The notes under the pieces are model-generated. The model made no database searches. It was given only the letters and a program-made list of their open reading frames with translations, and was not told the origin of the DNA. Below are positions 39,116-51,791 of a stretch of DNA of 64,000 bases, piece after piece. The stretch lies in NCBI GenBank assembly GCA_965153285.1, contig OZ229117.1; one strand, 5' to 3'. Positions within the stretch are counted from its first letter, which is position 1, and every line of letters begins with the position of its first letter. Made by a program: the position numbers and the translations under genes. This DNA is from Podarcis tiliguerta. Its lineage: Eukaryota.

Positions 39116-39580
39116 GTAAGGAACAGTGTCTGCACCTCTGAAGCAAGTTACCATTTTGAATGCTGTCCTTTCTGCTAAATAATGAAAATTACTCTTAATA
39201 CCAGGTCATACTTTGGTCATACTTGAAGTACACCAGTCAAACCAAATATTTACTTATACTATTGTTGCCAGATGACTCTAGAATCTAATTAAATAAAGCA
39301 AAAATGCAGTCTACCTGAAGTTGTTTGGGGTCTTGGGGCCGATAGCAGTCATTTACCATGATCTTCTCAGCTGACAACGGCCCTAATTAAATCTCATTCA
39401 GTTTGTGCATTGCATTTGTATGCTGCCTTAGCACAAGCAAATGGTACAACATACTCTTCGCTGCTGCCATCCCCCAAAGTGAACTTTCTTGCTCTTAGTT
39501 GCTGTGAAGCAACTACTTCTTTTGCCTCCCCAGTCTTCCCTTGTCTTGTCAAGTAACATTATCGTTCTGGCTCTCTACAG

Positions 39581-39737
39581 TGTGGCAGTGTGCCGATTTG
39601 CCAATGGTGGTGACGACTGGCATGTTCTAGTGGGCGTAGCCAAGGACCTCATCCTCAACCCACGCTCTGTGGCTGGAGGCTTTGTCTACACCTATAAGTT
39701 GATAAACAGTGGGGAGAAGCTTGAGTTCCTGCACAAG
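39581..39737 (+). CDS. SF3B3: SF3B3 exon 20 (VAVCRFANGGDDW...LEFLHK)
   Basis: AG/GT, 157 nt. Confidence 0.97.
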
Positions 39738-40538
39738 GTGAGAATTTCCTCCACTAGTGGGTTGGAGGGGGAGGAATCTGGGAAGATGAACATGGATGGG
39801 GCTTGCCAAGAGGTTGCTAAAATGTACTGATGAGACCCGACTTTTTGGGACGGAAATCTCTTGGTTGGGAACAGAGGACCATCACTGTTAGTAAGTACTC
39901 CACAAATGGTTTTCCTTCTGTGCACAAAACAGCAGCCATATCAAAAATCACATTGGATTTTGCCTGTGTTTGCCATGCAAAATGTATGCATATTGCTTGC
40001 TGCCAGGGAAATTTGAGCAATTATAGTAGTGGTGTGACAGTTGCAGTTATCTAATGGACATTTGAAGCAAAACAAGCATAGACCTGTGAATGGGTCATTT
40101 ATAGGTGATCTGACTTGAGCATTTGCAGCACCTGATGGTGGTTGCTGAATACTTTGGCTTCTGTTGACATGGAGAAAGCCAACAATGTACAGAGCACTGC
40201 AAAAGTTGAATTCTTCCTCCTTGTTGATACCTAGCAGCCTGGACCTGTGTGGAGGCAGGTTCTTTTGTTGGGCAGGAACCGGACTAGGAGGCCCCTTCCT
40301 AGAGGCAGTTTGTCCTTGTGGGCTTGCAATGTCCATCTCTTCCCCAGTGGATGCAATGGGTACTTGATTCAAGTGGGCCCCAAAAGTCCGTGGTGGTGGA
40401 TCCGCATCCTTTGCCAGGGCTGAAACTTGCCTATCCCTGCAGTGGCGGGACATCATCTATGCAGTGAGGGTACTATTAATTATCTTTGTTTAGTCTGCTT
40501 GACAAAGGCTTCTTCTCTTTCATTTCCTTTCTGTTCAG

Positions 40539-40664
40539 ACCCCAGTAGAGGAGGTACCAGCTGCTATTGCCCCCTTCCAAGGCAGAGTGCTCATTGGTGT
40601 GGGGAAACTCTTGCGGGTATATGACTTGGGCAAGAAGAAGCTGCTCCGGAAGTGTGAGAATAAG
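40539..40664 (+). CDS. SF3B3: SF3B3 exon 21 (TPVEEVPAAIAPFQGR...RKCENK)
   Basis: AG/GT, 126 nt. Confidence 0.97.
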
Positions 40665-41498
40665 GTATTTAGAACGTTGTGTGTGTGTTTGTGTGTGCAG
40701 ATCTCCTGGAAGCTGCATTTCCTAATGCAGATACACCCTATTGCTTTTAACAAATTTGGTTGAAACCTTTGAACTTTTTTCAAGTTCCAGGGAAACATTC
40801 TCTTGCCCAGAGCTTTGGCTTCCTTCAGATTGCTTAAGGGGCAAGTCTTCAGGGCTGTTTCCACCCTCTCTGTACCTTTCTTTCCCTTGGGAATAGAATT
40901 GAGAATCTGAGGCTCAAAGGTGTGGTCTTGTGTTTATGAAGCTATGGCCTGTGATTCACACAAGGTGATAGTTGAAAGTTTTGGATTTTTTTTTAGTCAT
41001 TCCTGACACCAACTTTATAATGGTGTAGTGAACCGTCTGCACAAAAGGGCACAGAGCAGCCTGGACCCTCCAAATGTTTTGGACTACAACTCTCATCAGC
41101 TATTGTCAGCGTGGCCAATGGTCAAGGATGATGGGATTTGTAGTTCTGGCGGGTTCTGGGTTATAGAAAGTAGAAATAGGAACATTTTCATATTTCACAG
41201 ATTTGCTTTACCCTTGTTTGTTTGGCCTTCTGAGTATTTCTAGAATCAGGAGAGCTACCTAGAATGATGTTAGCACTGGTTCTCGGTGCACATTCAGATA
41301 TAGAAAGTGATCACAGATAAGCAATGTCCCAACTCTCCTTTTCTCTCTTAGAAAGCTACAGCATAGCCTTGCAGAGAGATGCCAGTGATATTCAGATTTC
41401 ATTTGCGTAGTGGCTCAGGAAGGGATTTTGGGGCTTGCCTTGAACAGCCTCCCTTTTCTGCTTTTTGAACGTTTTTCTGAATTGCTGTCACTTCCCAG

Positions 41499-41711
41499 CA
41501 CATTGCCAACTACATCTGTGGGATCCAGACCATTGGGCACCGAGTGATCGTCTCGGATGTCCAGGAGAGCTTCATCTGGGTGCGCTACAAGAGGAACGAG
41601 AACCAGCTGATCATTTTTGCAGATGACACCCACCCCCGCTGGGTCACCACTGCCTGCCTCCTCGACTATGACACAGTGGCTGGGGCTGACAAGTTTGGCA
41701 ACATCTGTGTG
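41499..41711 (+). CDS. SF3B3: SF3B3 exon 22 (HIANYICGIQTIGHR...FGNICV)
   Basis: AG/GT, 213 nt. Confidence 0.97.
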
Positions 41712-42381
41712 GTGAGTCAGCCTGAAGGCAGCCAGGAAACTCCTGGGGCTCATTTGAGAACTGTCCCGCTATTTTGATTCCCTGATGCAGGAGACGCCAG
41801 TGAAACCCCTGGCTTTTGCTTTTGCTAAGCACCATTTAGCTGGTGGCCTGTGAGACCTTTCTCCCACACTCACACGCTGCTGTCATGGGCGGTGGCAACT
41901 TCCTCTGGACTCTTCTGCCAAAGTGCACACCTTGTGACTGTTCTGTTAATGGAGACATATGCTTTGTTGCTCTTCTTTTGTGGCCTGGATTACACACCAC
42001 AGTCAGCCCACAGCTAAAAACAGGCTGCGGATTTATGTGGTTGTGTTGGTGCATGCTGCTGAAAAGTTCTTGCTCTGCTCCTCTCCTGCTGCTGCTGCTG
42101 CGACGGCTTGTTGTGACTTCCAGACCTCATCCTGTTGGTTTGTTTGCTTCCAACAAGCACAGGCAATGAGTCAAGAACAAACCTTGGCTAACTCTCATGG
42201 TTTATTGGGGGAGAAGCATGCTGTGAACCCAGGTTGGGGCACTCACTGTGGTTTGATGTGACATGCAGAGTGTTTGCTTGTTTGGGCTTTTCTGAATTCA
42301 TGCTTACAACACCTTCTAGTTATTCCCTTTTGCCACTGAGGCCACGCGTGAGTTTGATTCTCTTGATGCCTTCTCCTGTAG

Positions 42382-42480
42382 GTGCGGCTGCCGCCCAACA
42401 CAAATGATGAGGTAGATGAGGACCCAACTGGAAACAAGGCGTTGTGGGATAGAGGCCTTCTTAATGGGGCTTCTCAAAAG
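42382..42480 (+). CDS. SF3B3: SF3B3 exon 23 (VRLPPNTNDEVDEDPTG...NGASQK)
   Basis: AG/GT, 99 nt. Confidence 0.97.
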
Positions 42481-43590
42481 GTAACTTTGGTGTAGGGAAG
42501 GGGGTGCTTCCTCAGGTGAGAAACTGGAGGCTCTTTCTAGTTCTCTGGTTATTTATTAACTTCATTACCTGCCTTTTTCTGGAACCAGCAACTTCCTTTT
42601 AAAGAATATATAAATCTATGCATAAATCTACTGATAAAAAACATGTTACGGTGAATTGGTTTTTAAAAGCCAGAGTATCCGTATGGAATTAATAACATAT
42701 CTGTCTGCCGGTTGAAGCCTGAAAGGGGTTTTGAAATTAACTTCTGTGTCTACATAAATACAATGCGGAGCAGAGTTAAACCCCTGCATAGAGTGAAATT
42801 GTACTCCTGTGGTCAAGCAGGTGCCTTTGGAGCTTTGTAATTAGGGTTGTTTGTAGTTGTTGTTTTTCGTGCACAAAGGAATAGAGATTTTTTAAAAAGT
42901 TCACAGAAAAATGTCTTCCGTGTTCTTGAAATGCTGTAACATGATACAGGCAAAACTTTTGTGATTTCCCCCTACTCTGTTTTGAGAAGTTCCTGGGGAT
43001 AGGAGGGACAGTTTCCAATCGGGGAACATTGGACCCCTGTTAGTTAAATGAAACTTGAAACAGTATGGGGGAGAAACAACCCAGGACAACTGACCCCATG
43101 TAATTGTTGAGCCAGTATAGGGAGTATGAAGTGATTCAGGTTTGCTTAATTTTTTACTTTATTTGCAATGTCTTCTGAGGTTCATAGCACCCCTGTTACT
43201 GTAGGAGAGGTAACCCTCCTACACAATTTTATTTTTTACACTTAGCTAGCAGGAAGTAAATTTTAAGACATATTTCAACAGTCATCCTGTTTTAGGGGGG
43301 GATAATTTAATTGACACTGCATTTTAGAAATGTGAAATACAGTCTTAATGAAATACTGTGCTCATAATGGAAGGGGTCCAATGTACTCCAGTAGCCTAAT
43401 AGCACCTCCCTCCCCAAGCATTACACATAGGAAATCACTGTTCCAAGTTTGCATTATAAGTGTGTTTAGAAATATCCTCACCAACCACTGGAAGTGATAA
43501 ATGTAGGTTTTCTTTGATGAAAATGAGATTGTCTGGATTTAATGCATTATCCTAGGTCACCTGCTGAACTCTTGCTTGTCTTCCTTTCAG

Positions 43591-43734
43591 GCAGAGGTGA
43601 TTATGAACTACCATGTAGGGGAAACAGTCCTGTCCCTGCAGAAGACAACTCTAATCCCTGGAGGCTCTGAATCTCTTGTCTACACGACCTTATCTGGGGG
43701 CATTGGCATTCTGGTCCCATTTACGTCACATGAG
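43591..43734 (+). CDS. SF3B3: SF3B3 exon 24 (AEVIMNYHVGE...PFTSHE)
   Basis: AG/GT, 144 nt. Confidence 0.97.
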
Positions 43735-44369
43735 GTAGGAAGTTCTTGTATGATGGAAATATTAAGAGTTGTTCATCTACATAGTGCAGCAGGAGCACTT
43801 AATGCCCTGCAGTAGTGACAGTGAGTTATGGGAGGATGGAAGACAAAGTTGAAAGGGTGGGGAAGCTATGCCACTCCCTGCCCACAGTTGGCCTCTTGGC
43901 TCTTCCTTGTGTGGATGAGAAATGGATCTGCTTTAATGCAGTACTGAGCTTGGCTGCTCTTGGACCTCCTGAGCTGCCTATGGCTCTCTTTGCTCTCTGT
44001 ATGTCTCCCCCCCTCCCCAATGCATACACTGATACCTGGCAATAGAATGTACTCTAAAAACCTTTGCTAACACAGGTGACACCCACATTTGCCAGTTGGC
44101 TCTGCCCATGAGGCATGACCAAAATTTTATTGCATGACAGAATGAAGCAGAGCTAAAAAGGACTCACAGAAATTTTGGCATCTGGTTGCCCAAGGTACAA
44201 ATGGGCTGGGCTACTTGTTAGAAGCATTTGTCCAAGGAAAGGACTGGGTGACATATTTTACAGGAATATATGGCCCCTGCTCTGACTCACCCTCACAAGT
44301 TTACTATACTCAGTTATTATAACTGCCAGAATGGCCAGACATCACCCCCCCAATCAGATTAAGAGGCTA

Positions 44370-44748
44370 ATCGTAAGCCAACTAGCCAATAAAGCTCCAG
44401 GAGAAGACATGATCCCAGTGGAGATTTATAAGATAAGACCGGATTTCTGGCCACCCATTTTTGCAAAACTGTTTTCATATATTAACAGCTCAGGTTGCAT
44501 ACCGGAAGGGTGGAAGCTGAGTGTAATTGCCCCAATATGTAAAAATTGTGATTAGAAAAATCCTGCCATTTATAGACTCATTAGTTTGTTAGATGTAGCC
44601 TCTAAACTATATGCCAGGCTCCTTCTTGGGAGACTGGAAGAATGGGCAGATACAAATAAGGTGATATCTGAAGTCCAGGTAGGTTTCCAAAGAGGGAAAT
44701 CCATATTGGACCAGTGCTTTGTGATGAACTTTCTGCTATGTAAATACA
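44370..44748 (+). mobile_element. Degenerate LINE reverse transcriptase fragment (RTE/RTE-X-like)
   Basis: NKAPGEDMIP...IPEGWKLSVIAPI...YRLISLLDVASKLYA...QVGFQRGKSILDQ matches the N-terminal non-LTR RT motifs; contains an internal stop. Confidence 0.85.
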
Positions 44749-44801
44749 TCCTTCCCCAAAATGATGCATGCCAGCCTGCAGAGGGCTCACTCTCTCTAGG
44801 A

Positions 44802-45125
44802 CAGGGGTCAGCAACCTTTTTTTAGCTGTGGGCCGGTCCACCGTCCCTCAGACCATGTGGTGGGCGGGACTATATTTTGAAAAAAAAACCCTGAACCAAT
44901 TCCTATGCCCCACAAATAACCCAGAGAGGCATTTTAAATAAAAGCACACATTCTACTCATGTAAAAACACCAGGCAGGCCCCACAAATAACCCAGACATG
45001 CATTTTAAATAAAAGGAGACATTCTACTCATGTAAAAACACACTGATTCCTGGACTGTCTGCGGGCCGGATTGAGAAGACGATTGGTCCGCATCCAGCCC
45101 CTGGGACTTAGGTTGACTACCCCTG
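44802..45125. mobile_element. Non-autonomous hAT DNA transposon, 324 bp, with internal ~64-bp duplication
   Basis: TIRs CAGGGGTCAGCAACCT / AGGTTGACTACCCCTG; 8-bp TSD CTCTAGGA/CTCTAAGA; repeat units 44907-44970 and 44978-45041. Confidence 0.88.
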
Positions 45126-45273
45126 CTCTAAGAGGTTTGTTCAGGTGGCGTGTTGTCAACCAGTGTACCAATCACAGCCGCTCCTCTTTTCAATGCTGGC
45201 CCCGGGTGTGGCATGACACTGCTGCTTCCAGCTGTTTTCCTTTCCCTTTGATGGCGTTCTCTGCTCTTTTCAG

Positions 45274-45378
45274 GATCATGACTTCTTCCAACACGTTGAG
45301 ATGCATCTGAGGTCTGAACACCCTCCTCTCTGTGGACGAGACCACCTCAGCTTCCGCTCCTATTACTTCCCAGTGAAG
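45274..45378 (+). CDS. SF3B3: SF3B3 exon 25 ([15 protein letters not shown]...YYFPVK)
   Basis: AG/GT, 105 nt. Confidence 0.97.
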
Positions 45379-46326
45379 GTAGGCTGAGTTTGTGGGTCTC
45401 TGCTACGTGTCCATCATATGCTAATAAACACTTGAGCTCTGCTCATGGGTAAAAGTTGCCAATGTGAAGGCCAAATTTCCCCCTGCACTTTATGCTTTGG
45501 TCAGAGCATCTGCTGAGGTTGCTGGAATGGCTTTTCCAGGACAGGATTCTGCTTGCTAAGAAGGGTAATCAGCAATGGGGCCTATATGTCTACATGATTC
45601 TCTTTTTCTTTTTCACCATCTTGGTGGTTTGTCTGAATAGACGTTTATCTTTTCTAAGTGATAGGTATAGATTTCAAGCCCCCTCCCCGCAATTCCCTAT
45701 TGCAGTTCTCCCTGGTGATGGTAGCATCCCCTTAGAACTAACCTAGGTATCAAGGTGGGTCTTCTTTTTTCTTGGGAAACCATGTATTTCTCTTGGGTCA
45801 CCTGTACATCATGGATAGGGCAGCACTGTCCATGGTGTCAGAATTTGGTTTCTGCCCCCCCATATGAATCTGCATTTCAGGAAATGCTTCTGTGACAATG
45901 AGGAGTCATGTAGCAGGTTATTTCTGCATTAGAACTGTTAAGTCTTCATTTCTAGACTGCAACATTATCAGTGTAGCTCTAAACCTGCAAGTTCACCACA
46001 TGCCCTGGCGTGATCTTGAGCAAGACAGTTCGAGGTTTTTTTTGCTGGAGTTTGCTAGTTTTTTGTCCCTTCCCCCCCATTCCATGAACTTGTGGACACC
46101 CTCATTTTTCACTTTTTGGCAAATGTCTGCTGAACACCTGTACTTTTTTAAAGAGAGAATTTGCTTTTATTCATTCTGACGTTTGTGGAGAACCTTTGGG
46201 CCTCTTAGACAAGGCCTCTTGTTCTGTGTGCTTTGGGTCTGCTTTCTGTGCTTGAGCCCATTCCCTCCTTCGTTCCATGGGCTGCAGCTTCTAAAATAGC
46301 CCCCCACCCTTTTTTTCTCTTGCTAG

Positions 46327-46467
46327 AATGTCATTGATGGGGATCTGTGTGAGCAGTTCAACTCCATGGAGCCCAACAAGCAGAAGAACGTGTCTGAAGA
46401 GCTGGACAGGACCCCACCAGAGGTGTCCAAGAAGCTAGAGGACATCCGCACCCGCTATGCTTTCTGA
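46327..46467 (+). CDS. SF3B3: SF3B3 exon 26 coding part (NVIDGDLCEQF...IRTRYAF*)
   Basis: Acceptor tgctag, TGA at 46465-46467, 141 nt. Confidence 0.97.
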   Translation, partial: NVIDGDLCEQFNSMEPNKQKNVSEELDRTPPEVSKKLEDIRTRYAF

Positions 46468-47001
46468 GAGGCGCCTTTTCAGGGACGTGGCTGGGATTCC
46501 TGTTCCAAAGATGTTTTGAAGGGTATGAGCTTTTTTGGCCAGTTGCTCCCACTTTGGTACTCTTGTTTTCTTCCAGTGGCTTGAAAGTCCAACCATGTCA
46601 TCAACCTGTTCTGTCCATGCTGTTCCAGGAGTCAGTCAGGTTCTCCCAAGTGGCGAGGCCTCCCCTTTCAGGTGTGTTTCTGGCTCCACCCTTTTTACAG
46701 ACAGTTTGGGTGCTGCACCCACTACCGACCTGCCCTTGGACAAGGCCCTGGTGCCCTTTCCTTGTCAAGTGAGCTAGCTAGATGAAGTCCCCTTTTCTGA
46801 GTTGGTAAGATATGAGCACAGGGACGTTAGGGCGCCTCCTCTTCCATTGGCCAGTGTCTGGGAAGCCTTGTGGGCGTGGCTGGTGTAATTTTTCCATCCT
46901 GCAGTTTTTATTTCTGTGTTTGTAAATAGAGTCTTGTACCAAGTTAGCCTTTTGTCTGCTGAAGAGATGGCCTGTGTGAATCTGGCCATAGATTTTTCTT
47001 T

Positions 47002-47007
47002 AATAAA
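47002..47007 (+). terminator. SF3B3 polyadenylation signal AATAAA (ATTAAA also at 47021)
   Basis: First AATAAA after the stop, ~535 nt downstream, followed by GT/T-rich sequence. Confidence 0.75.
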
Positions 47008-48809
47008 ACCCAGCATCTGGATTAAAGGTTGGCTGACAAACCTGTTTGGTGACTTCTCTCATGAATTTTACCTGCTCCTGGGGACATGAGCTAGGGAGGA
47101 GCTCTGCCAATGGCACATTAAATTCATGGGAGGATCAATCTTGTCATTCATTTTAAAATGATGGACTTCTTACCCTTTGGGCTGCAGAGGAAAGCCACGT
47201 TTCCCTGCACTTGCAGTGTCCAGTATTAGGCTCTGTATTTCTCTAGAGATCTTACTCTCCATTTACTCTGCTGTGGAAGACTTGTTCAGCCCTCTCAGCT
47301 GTCCTAAGGAGGTTTATACTTAAGTTCTGGAATTGTCTCCCAACCTACCCTACCCCTTCAGAGAAGATAACATTGCTGTTATGTTTACTTTCCTCAAAAG
47401 CAAACCTTTTGCACTTCCTCCCTCCGAGCCATTCTTCGGGCTGCATTACATGTGAATGACAGATCTCTTTGTTTCTGTGGTGGGCTGACTACTTGTTTTA
47501 AATGTAATACAGGGGTTTGATTCATCCGAGTCAGCCTGGCCCAATAGTCAGGGATAATGGGAGCTGTAGCAAATATTTGGAGGGCACAGGTTCCTGAACT
47601 CTGGAGGACAGTGCAGGTGTCTATGGAACTTGTGACTGGCTGCAGCTCCTAAACACAGATACTTGCTTGAAGAGATACAAATGCCCTTCAGATATTATGG
47701 GGACCAGATGTTTAGTTCAAAATGTGCTGGCTGCTGAGAGACCAGTGTCTGGTTTTAATAGTTGTGAGCTCACCTTTAGTTGAGGTCCAGCTAGAAATAC
47801 AGTGGAACTGGCAGCACAGCCCCTTGGTGGAATGGGCACTTGCCGGATCAGGCTACAGAGAACAGTATTTTATTTAAGCCCAAAGCCAGGTGATTTCAGA
47901 TCTAGAATTGGGCCAGGCTTTCTGGGCCTCTTTCAAGACTTTCCTGGTGCTTCAGGTTGTTTTTGTTTCAAATGTCTTCGCTGAACAATTACTTTAAAGT
48001 GCTATTTCTCCTTCCATGTATGGATGTGGGAGTTCTGGATTGGATATCATCCATTTCAGAAGTAGAACTAAGCAAATTGTCTTGTCAGCTGAAAATCTCT
48101 ATATTTCGGCTTTGGGTAGGCGCTGACATGCTGTGTCAAACTGCCACACTGGACCTTCTCTGACTCCAAGAAAAGGAGAGCCCATCAGAAGGGAGCCAGT
48201 AGCCAGTGAGGGATTGCGGAAAAGGGAGCAATCTGTGTCTGGTTAGGAAGTCTCTTGCCCTCTTAGACAAGGCCAGAGTGGAGCAGTGTGTAGCCTTTGA
48301 GGACTGCTGCTGCCCAGCTGCCTCACTAAGGTTGGGGCTGGTGGAGAGGCCTAACACAGCCCAGCCTTGAAATGGTTCAGTGATTAGGGGTGGGGATTGA
48401 TGTGAAGGGCAACTGTCAGTGACAAAGACTGTGGTAAAGCTTGCTGTGGGGAAGAACTATCTTCTATGCTGCTATAGTGGAAGCTACAGAAATAATACCC
48501 CTCAGACTTCACCCCTGTTACTTCTCCACATACACAAGCAGGCACACTTGGATACTAAGCAGCTCTTTAGATTCTATGGGCATAGAAATGCTGGTTTCTT
48601 GATACAAGGTGCTGGAATTATGCAAATGGCTGTGAGAAGAGAGAGGGTTGGGGATTGATGCACTGGCTGGAACTGAAATCAGCAACGCCCAGCTCCTTTC
48701 TCCTAGTCCAGAGGCTGCGGCTTTAGAGCAACAGCATTAGAAAAAGAAAGGCCCCAGAAGGCTAAAAACAACAACAACACATGCTTATTGCTTTCCATTT
48801 GAGAAGATA

Positions 48810-48994
48810 CAGAGAGAGGCAGCTATTGATTGCTACCTCCACTGTTGGAGGCAGTGTGCTTCTGAATGCCAGTTGCTGGGAATCACACAAGGAGTTTCAA
48901 TTGTGCTTTGCCCTTTGAGTTTCCTACAGGCATCTATCTGGTTTGTCTCTGCCAGAGCGGGATGGGTCCTACAATCCAGCAGGCTCTTATGCTC
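48810..48994 (+). mobile_element. CR1 LINE 3' UTR fragment (intergenic)
   Basis: GGAGGCAGTGTGCTTCTGAATGCCAGTTGCTGGGAAT...CCAGCAGGCTCTTATG resembles the 38610 copy. Confidence 0.65.
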
Positions 48995-49307
48995 ATCTGA
49001 AATACACCTTAAGACATCTCTCTAAGAACCCCTACTAGGCTAGAACTATAGAAGCTGGTGCTTTGTTTTTAAAAAATACACTTACCTTTCCATTTCTGTA
49101 ACCATAAATTCAGAATTGGAATGGCTGGGACAAATGTGTGTTAGCATTTGTGTTGTGATTCCAGGAGGGTTACAGGTAGGAAAACCACCTGGAGATGTTG
49201 TGTGCCTGGCCTGAAGAAACAACTGCTTTGTTCCTCTTACGCGTAGGAGAGTAAGAATGGGTGGGATGGGGTGGGAGGAACCAATTTGCATTAATTACAG
49301 TACAACT

Positions 49308-49313
49308 TTTATT
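49308..49313 (-). terminator. Probable distal MTSS2 polyadenylation signal AATAAA (a proximal AATAAA lies at 51325-51320)
   Basis: Minus-strand AATAAA after U-rich UTR-like tracts containing TGTA motifs. Confidence 0.6.
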
Positions 49314-50384
49314 AATACTGGAATCTTCACAGTGCATTCGTTACTTGTAGCAGTGACTATTTTAAATGAAGGGAGAAGGGAAGGATAATTAACTTTAAGA
49401 ATGAAAGAGGGCGGGTGGGTAAGGCCAGGGCTGCTAGCAAAAGGGGGGTGGGGTAGGGAAAATAAATTAGAAAAAAAGAACAAGTTAACAGCACCAGAAT
49501 AGTTAACATCAGTTGAGAGAGACATTTTAAAGGGTTTTTTTCCTCTGTACAAAAAAAAAATAAAAATAAAAAGCAAAATGCAAACATTTCTCACGCATTG
49601 TCACTGTTGTCATTTCTGGCCATGACAGGGAGGAGGGGGGGCACCCACAGGAAGGTTGGTTGGTTAGAAACTAAACTGTTATTACTACGACAGTATAAGA
49701 GTTAAGGAGGCTACAACGTGACACCCACGCAAGCGCACATAAGACGTCTGGGCTGTGGGGAGGGTGGAGGGGACTGCTGTGGCTCTATGTACAACAACGA
49801 CAACACCAGGCCCTGCTGTGCCTTGCAGGGGCTAAGGATGGGGAGATGGGGGGGATCCAGCAAGAGGGAGCAGGCGCAGTTGTGCTTTCTCAGAGGCTTC
49901 TAGGCTCCCCAGCCCTTGCAAGGGGCCTTGAGTTGCCTGCTTTGGCCACCTCGTGTATTCACCACCACTGTGCTTTGCTCGTGCCTCACCACACAACACT
50001 CAATGCTGTCCACAGCTGTGCTCTCTCTCTACTTTAGAAAGGGTTGTTGACCACCATGCTGCTGCTATGAGAAACGTGGTGGCATCTCTCTTGGAATAAC
50101 TGTCACAAGCCCATCTTTCAATTTTTTCTTTGCATGGGTAAGCTCTGTACTCGAATGCCTGGCCAATCCAAAGACAAAGGAAGCCCCCTAATGTCTAGCA
50201 TGGGCTCTGCCTCCCCCACTTTAGCAACCCCATATGTGCTACATCTGTGCTGTTCAGTGATCCTTGGATACTCGACAGTCCCAGGACAGAAAAGCAAGAC
50301 ATGCTCATTCTTGAGCCCAACAAACACAAAAGGTGGAGGTTATGCAGCAGGGGCCATTTAATGGACCCTCATTTGTTGAGGAAG

Positions 50385-50510
50385 CTTGATCTGTAAAGCA
50401 TGAGACTCTTAACCCAGGACCAGGCCCCATGTTGGACAAGATTTCTGCATTGCAAAGGGTTGGACTAGGTGACCCTCATGGTTCCTTCCAACTCTACAAT
50501 TCTCCGATTC
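50385..50510 (+). mobile_element. Squam2-like SINE remnant with CR1-type tail
   Basis: GCATGAGACTCTTAA head remnant and GGGTTGGACTAG...CCTTCCAACTCTACAATTCT tail; related tails at ~28105-28210 (-), ~36835-36905 (-) and ~61190-61247 (+). Confidence 0.65.
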
Positions 50511-51639
50511 CTTCCTAGTCAAGCACAGAGAAAGGCCTCTCCCTCTTTCTCCCTCATCTTAGACCACCTTAATTCCCAGCCACTGACTTTCCCCATCACT
50601 TTCTCTTTCTTTCAAGACTGTCCCCTTTCCCAACATCACTTTCCATTTGCCAACACAGCCGATTTCTAGACTTTCTGGGACAATATCAGGGTGAGCACAA
50701 GGTAGATTCAAGTCTCTTGCACTCTCCAGATCTGGGTATAAGCAGTTGTTAAAACAGTTGCATTACATAACTAATATAAATAAACTTGAATGAATTTATC
50801 CAAACCCTTAACAAGTTGTTTCTGTGGGGCAGAATAGGCAGGTAAGTTCCAAATTTGGGGGGCAGGTGGAAGCAAGCAAAACAGCTTAAAAAGGTGATGG
50901 GCACAATTTGGATTCCTTCTGACTACCTGGCTTGCGTGCCCTAAGCTTCAGCCCTGCTGAACTCTTAACTCCCATCAGGCCCAGAAACCGGCCTAGCCCA
51001 TGGTCAGCATTGATGGGAGTCTTAATAACATTGGAAGGTGAAAAGTTCTCCATCCCTGGCCTAAAACAGTGAGAAATGTGGATATTCTTACAGCAGCTGC
51101 ATGGCCCAAGCTGGAGCTTCTAGCTGGGAGCTGCAATCCAACTCATGCTCCTTCAGCTCCAAGCACAGAGGAAGAAGCTGTGCTGAATATTCATCTGGTT
51201 ATAAATCTGGAGGCCAAAACCAGAACAAGGGAGCTGGCCTGTTTCTGTAAATCCCCTCTGCACCCATTTTTAAAGCCTGCTTGTGGCAATTCTTTCCTCA
51301 CTTTCTGCTGGGGCACTTTTTTATTATTAAATTACAGCAGTGGACTCTAATTTCAAGAGCAGGTCAGGGTGAATCGGGGAATCGTACCATGAATGGGATG
51401 TGCGGCAGCAACATCGCCAAAGGTAAACGAACCAATCAAGAGGGTTGGTTCAGCTATTTCCCTCTCTGCAGATATCTTTTTACCCCTTTCAAAGTATCCA
51501 CCCAATATTGACAAAATGGGCCCCCTTTTGATGCTGTTAGAAGAGGCACCCTGCCACACACTCACAGGTTTAGTCATAACCATACCCATACCTGGCCAAA
51601 ACAGGCTCACATTGGAAACAGCAGAGGACACTGCCCCAG

Positions 51640-51791
51640 ACCCAGTACTCCACCTAACTCAGCCTTGCCTAACACTGCTTGGCAGCAGCCTCCCACAACA
51701 AAGATCTTTCCTACTCTTATCTGGAGATGCCAACAGTTGAACCTGGGACCTTCTGCATGCCAAGCAGGTGCTCTACCACTCCGCTACAGCC
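51640..51791 (-). mobile_element. tRNA-derived SINE (Squam3-like) within MTSS2 3' UTR
   Basis: Minus strand reads GGCTGTAGCGGAGTGGTAGAGCACCTGCTTGGCATGCAGAAGGTCCCAGGTTCAA; similar to the 8653 copy. Confidence 0.75.

Larger units (their letters stand above)
17277..46467 (+). other. SF3B3: SF3B3 (SAP130, splicing factor 3b subunit 3) complete CDS span, 25 coding exons, 1217 aa
   Basis: Exon lengths sum to 3654 nt; starts MFLYNLTLQRATGI, ends KKLEDIRTRYAF*. Confidence 0.98.
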
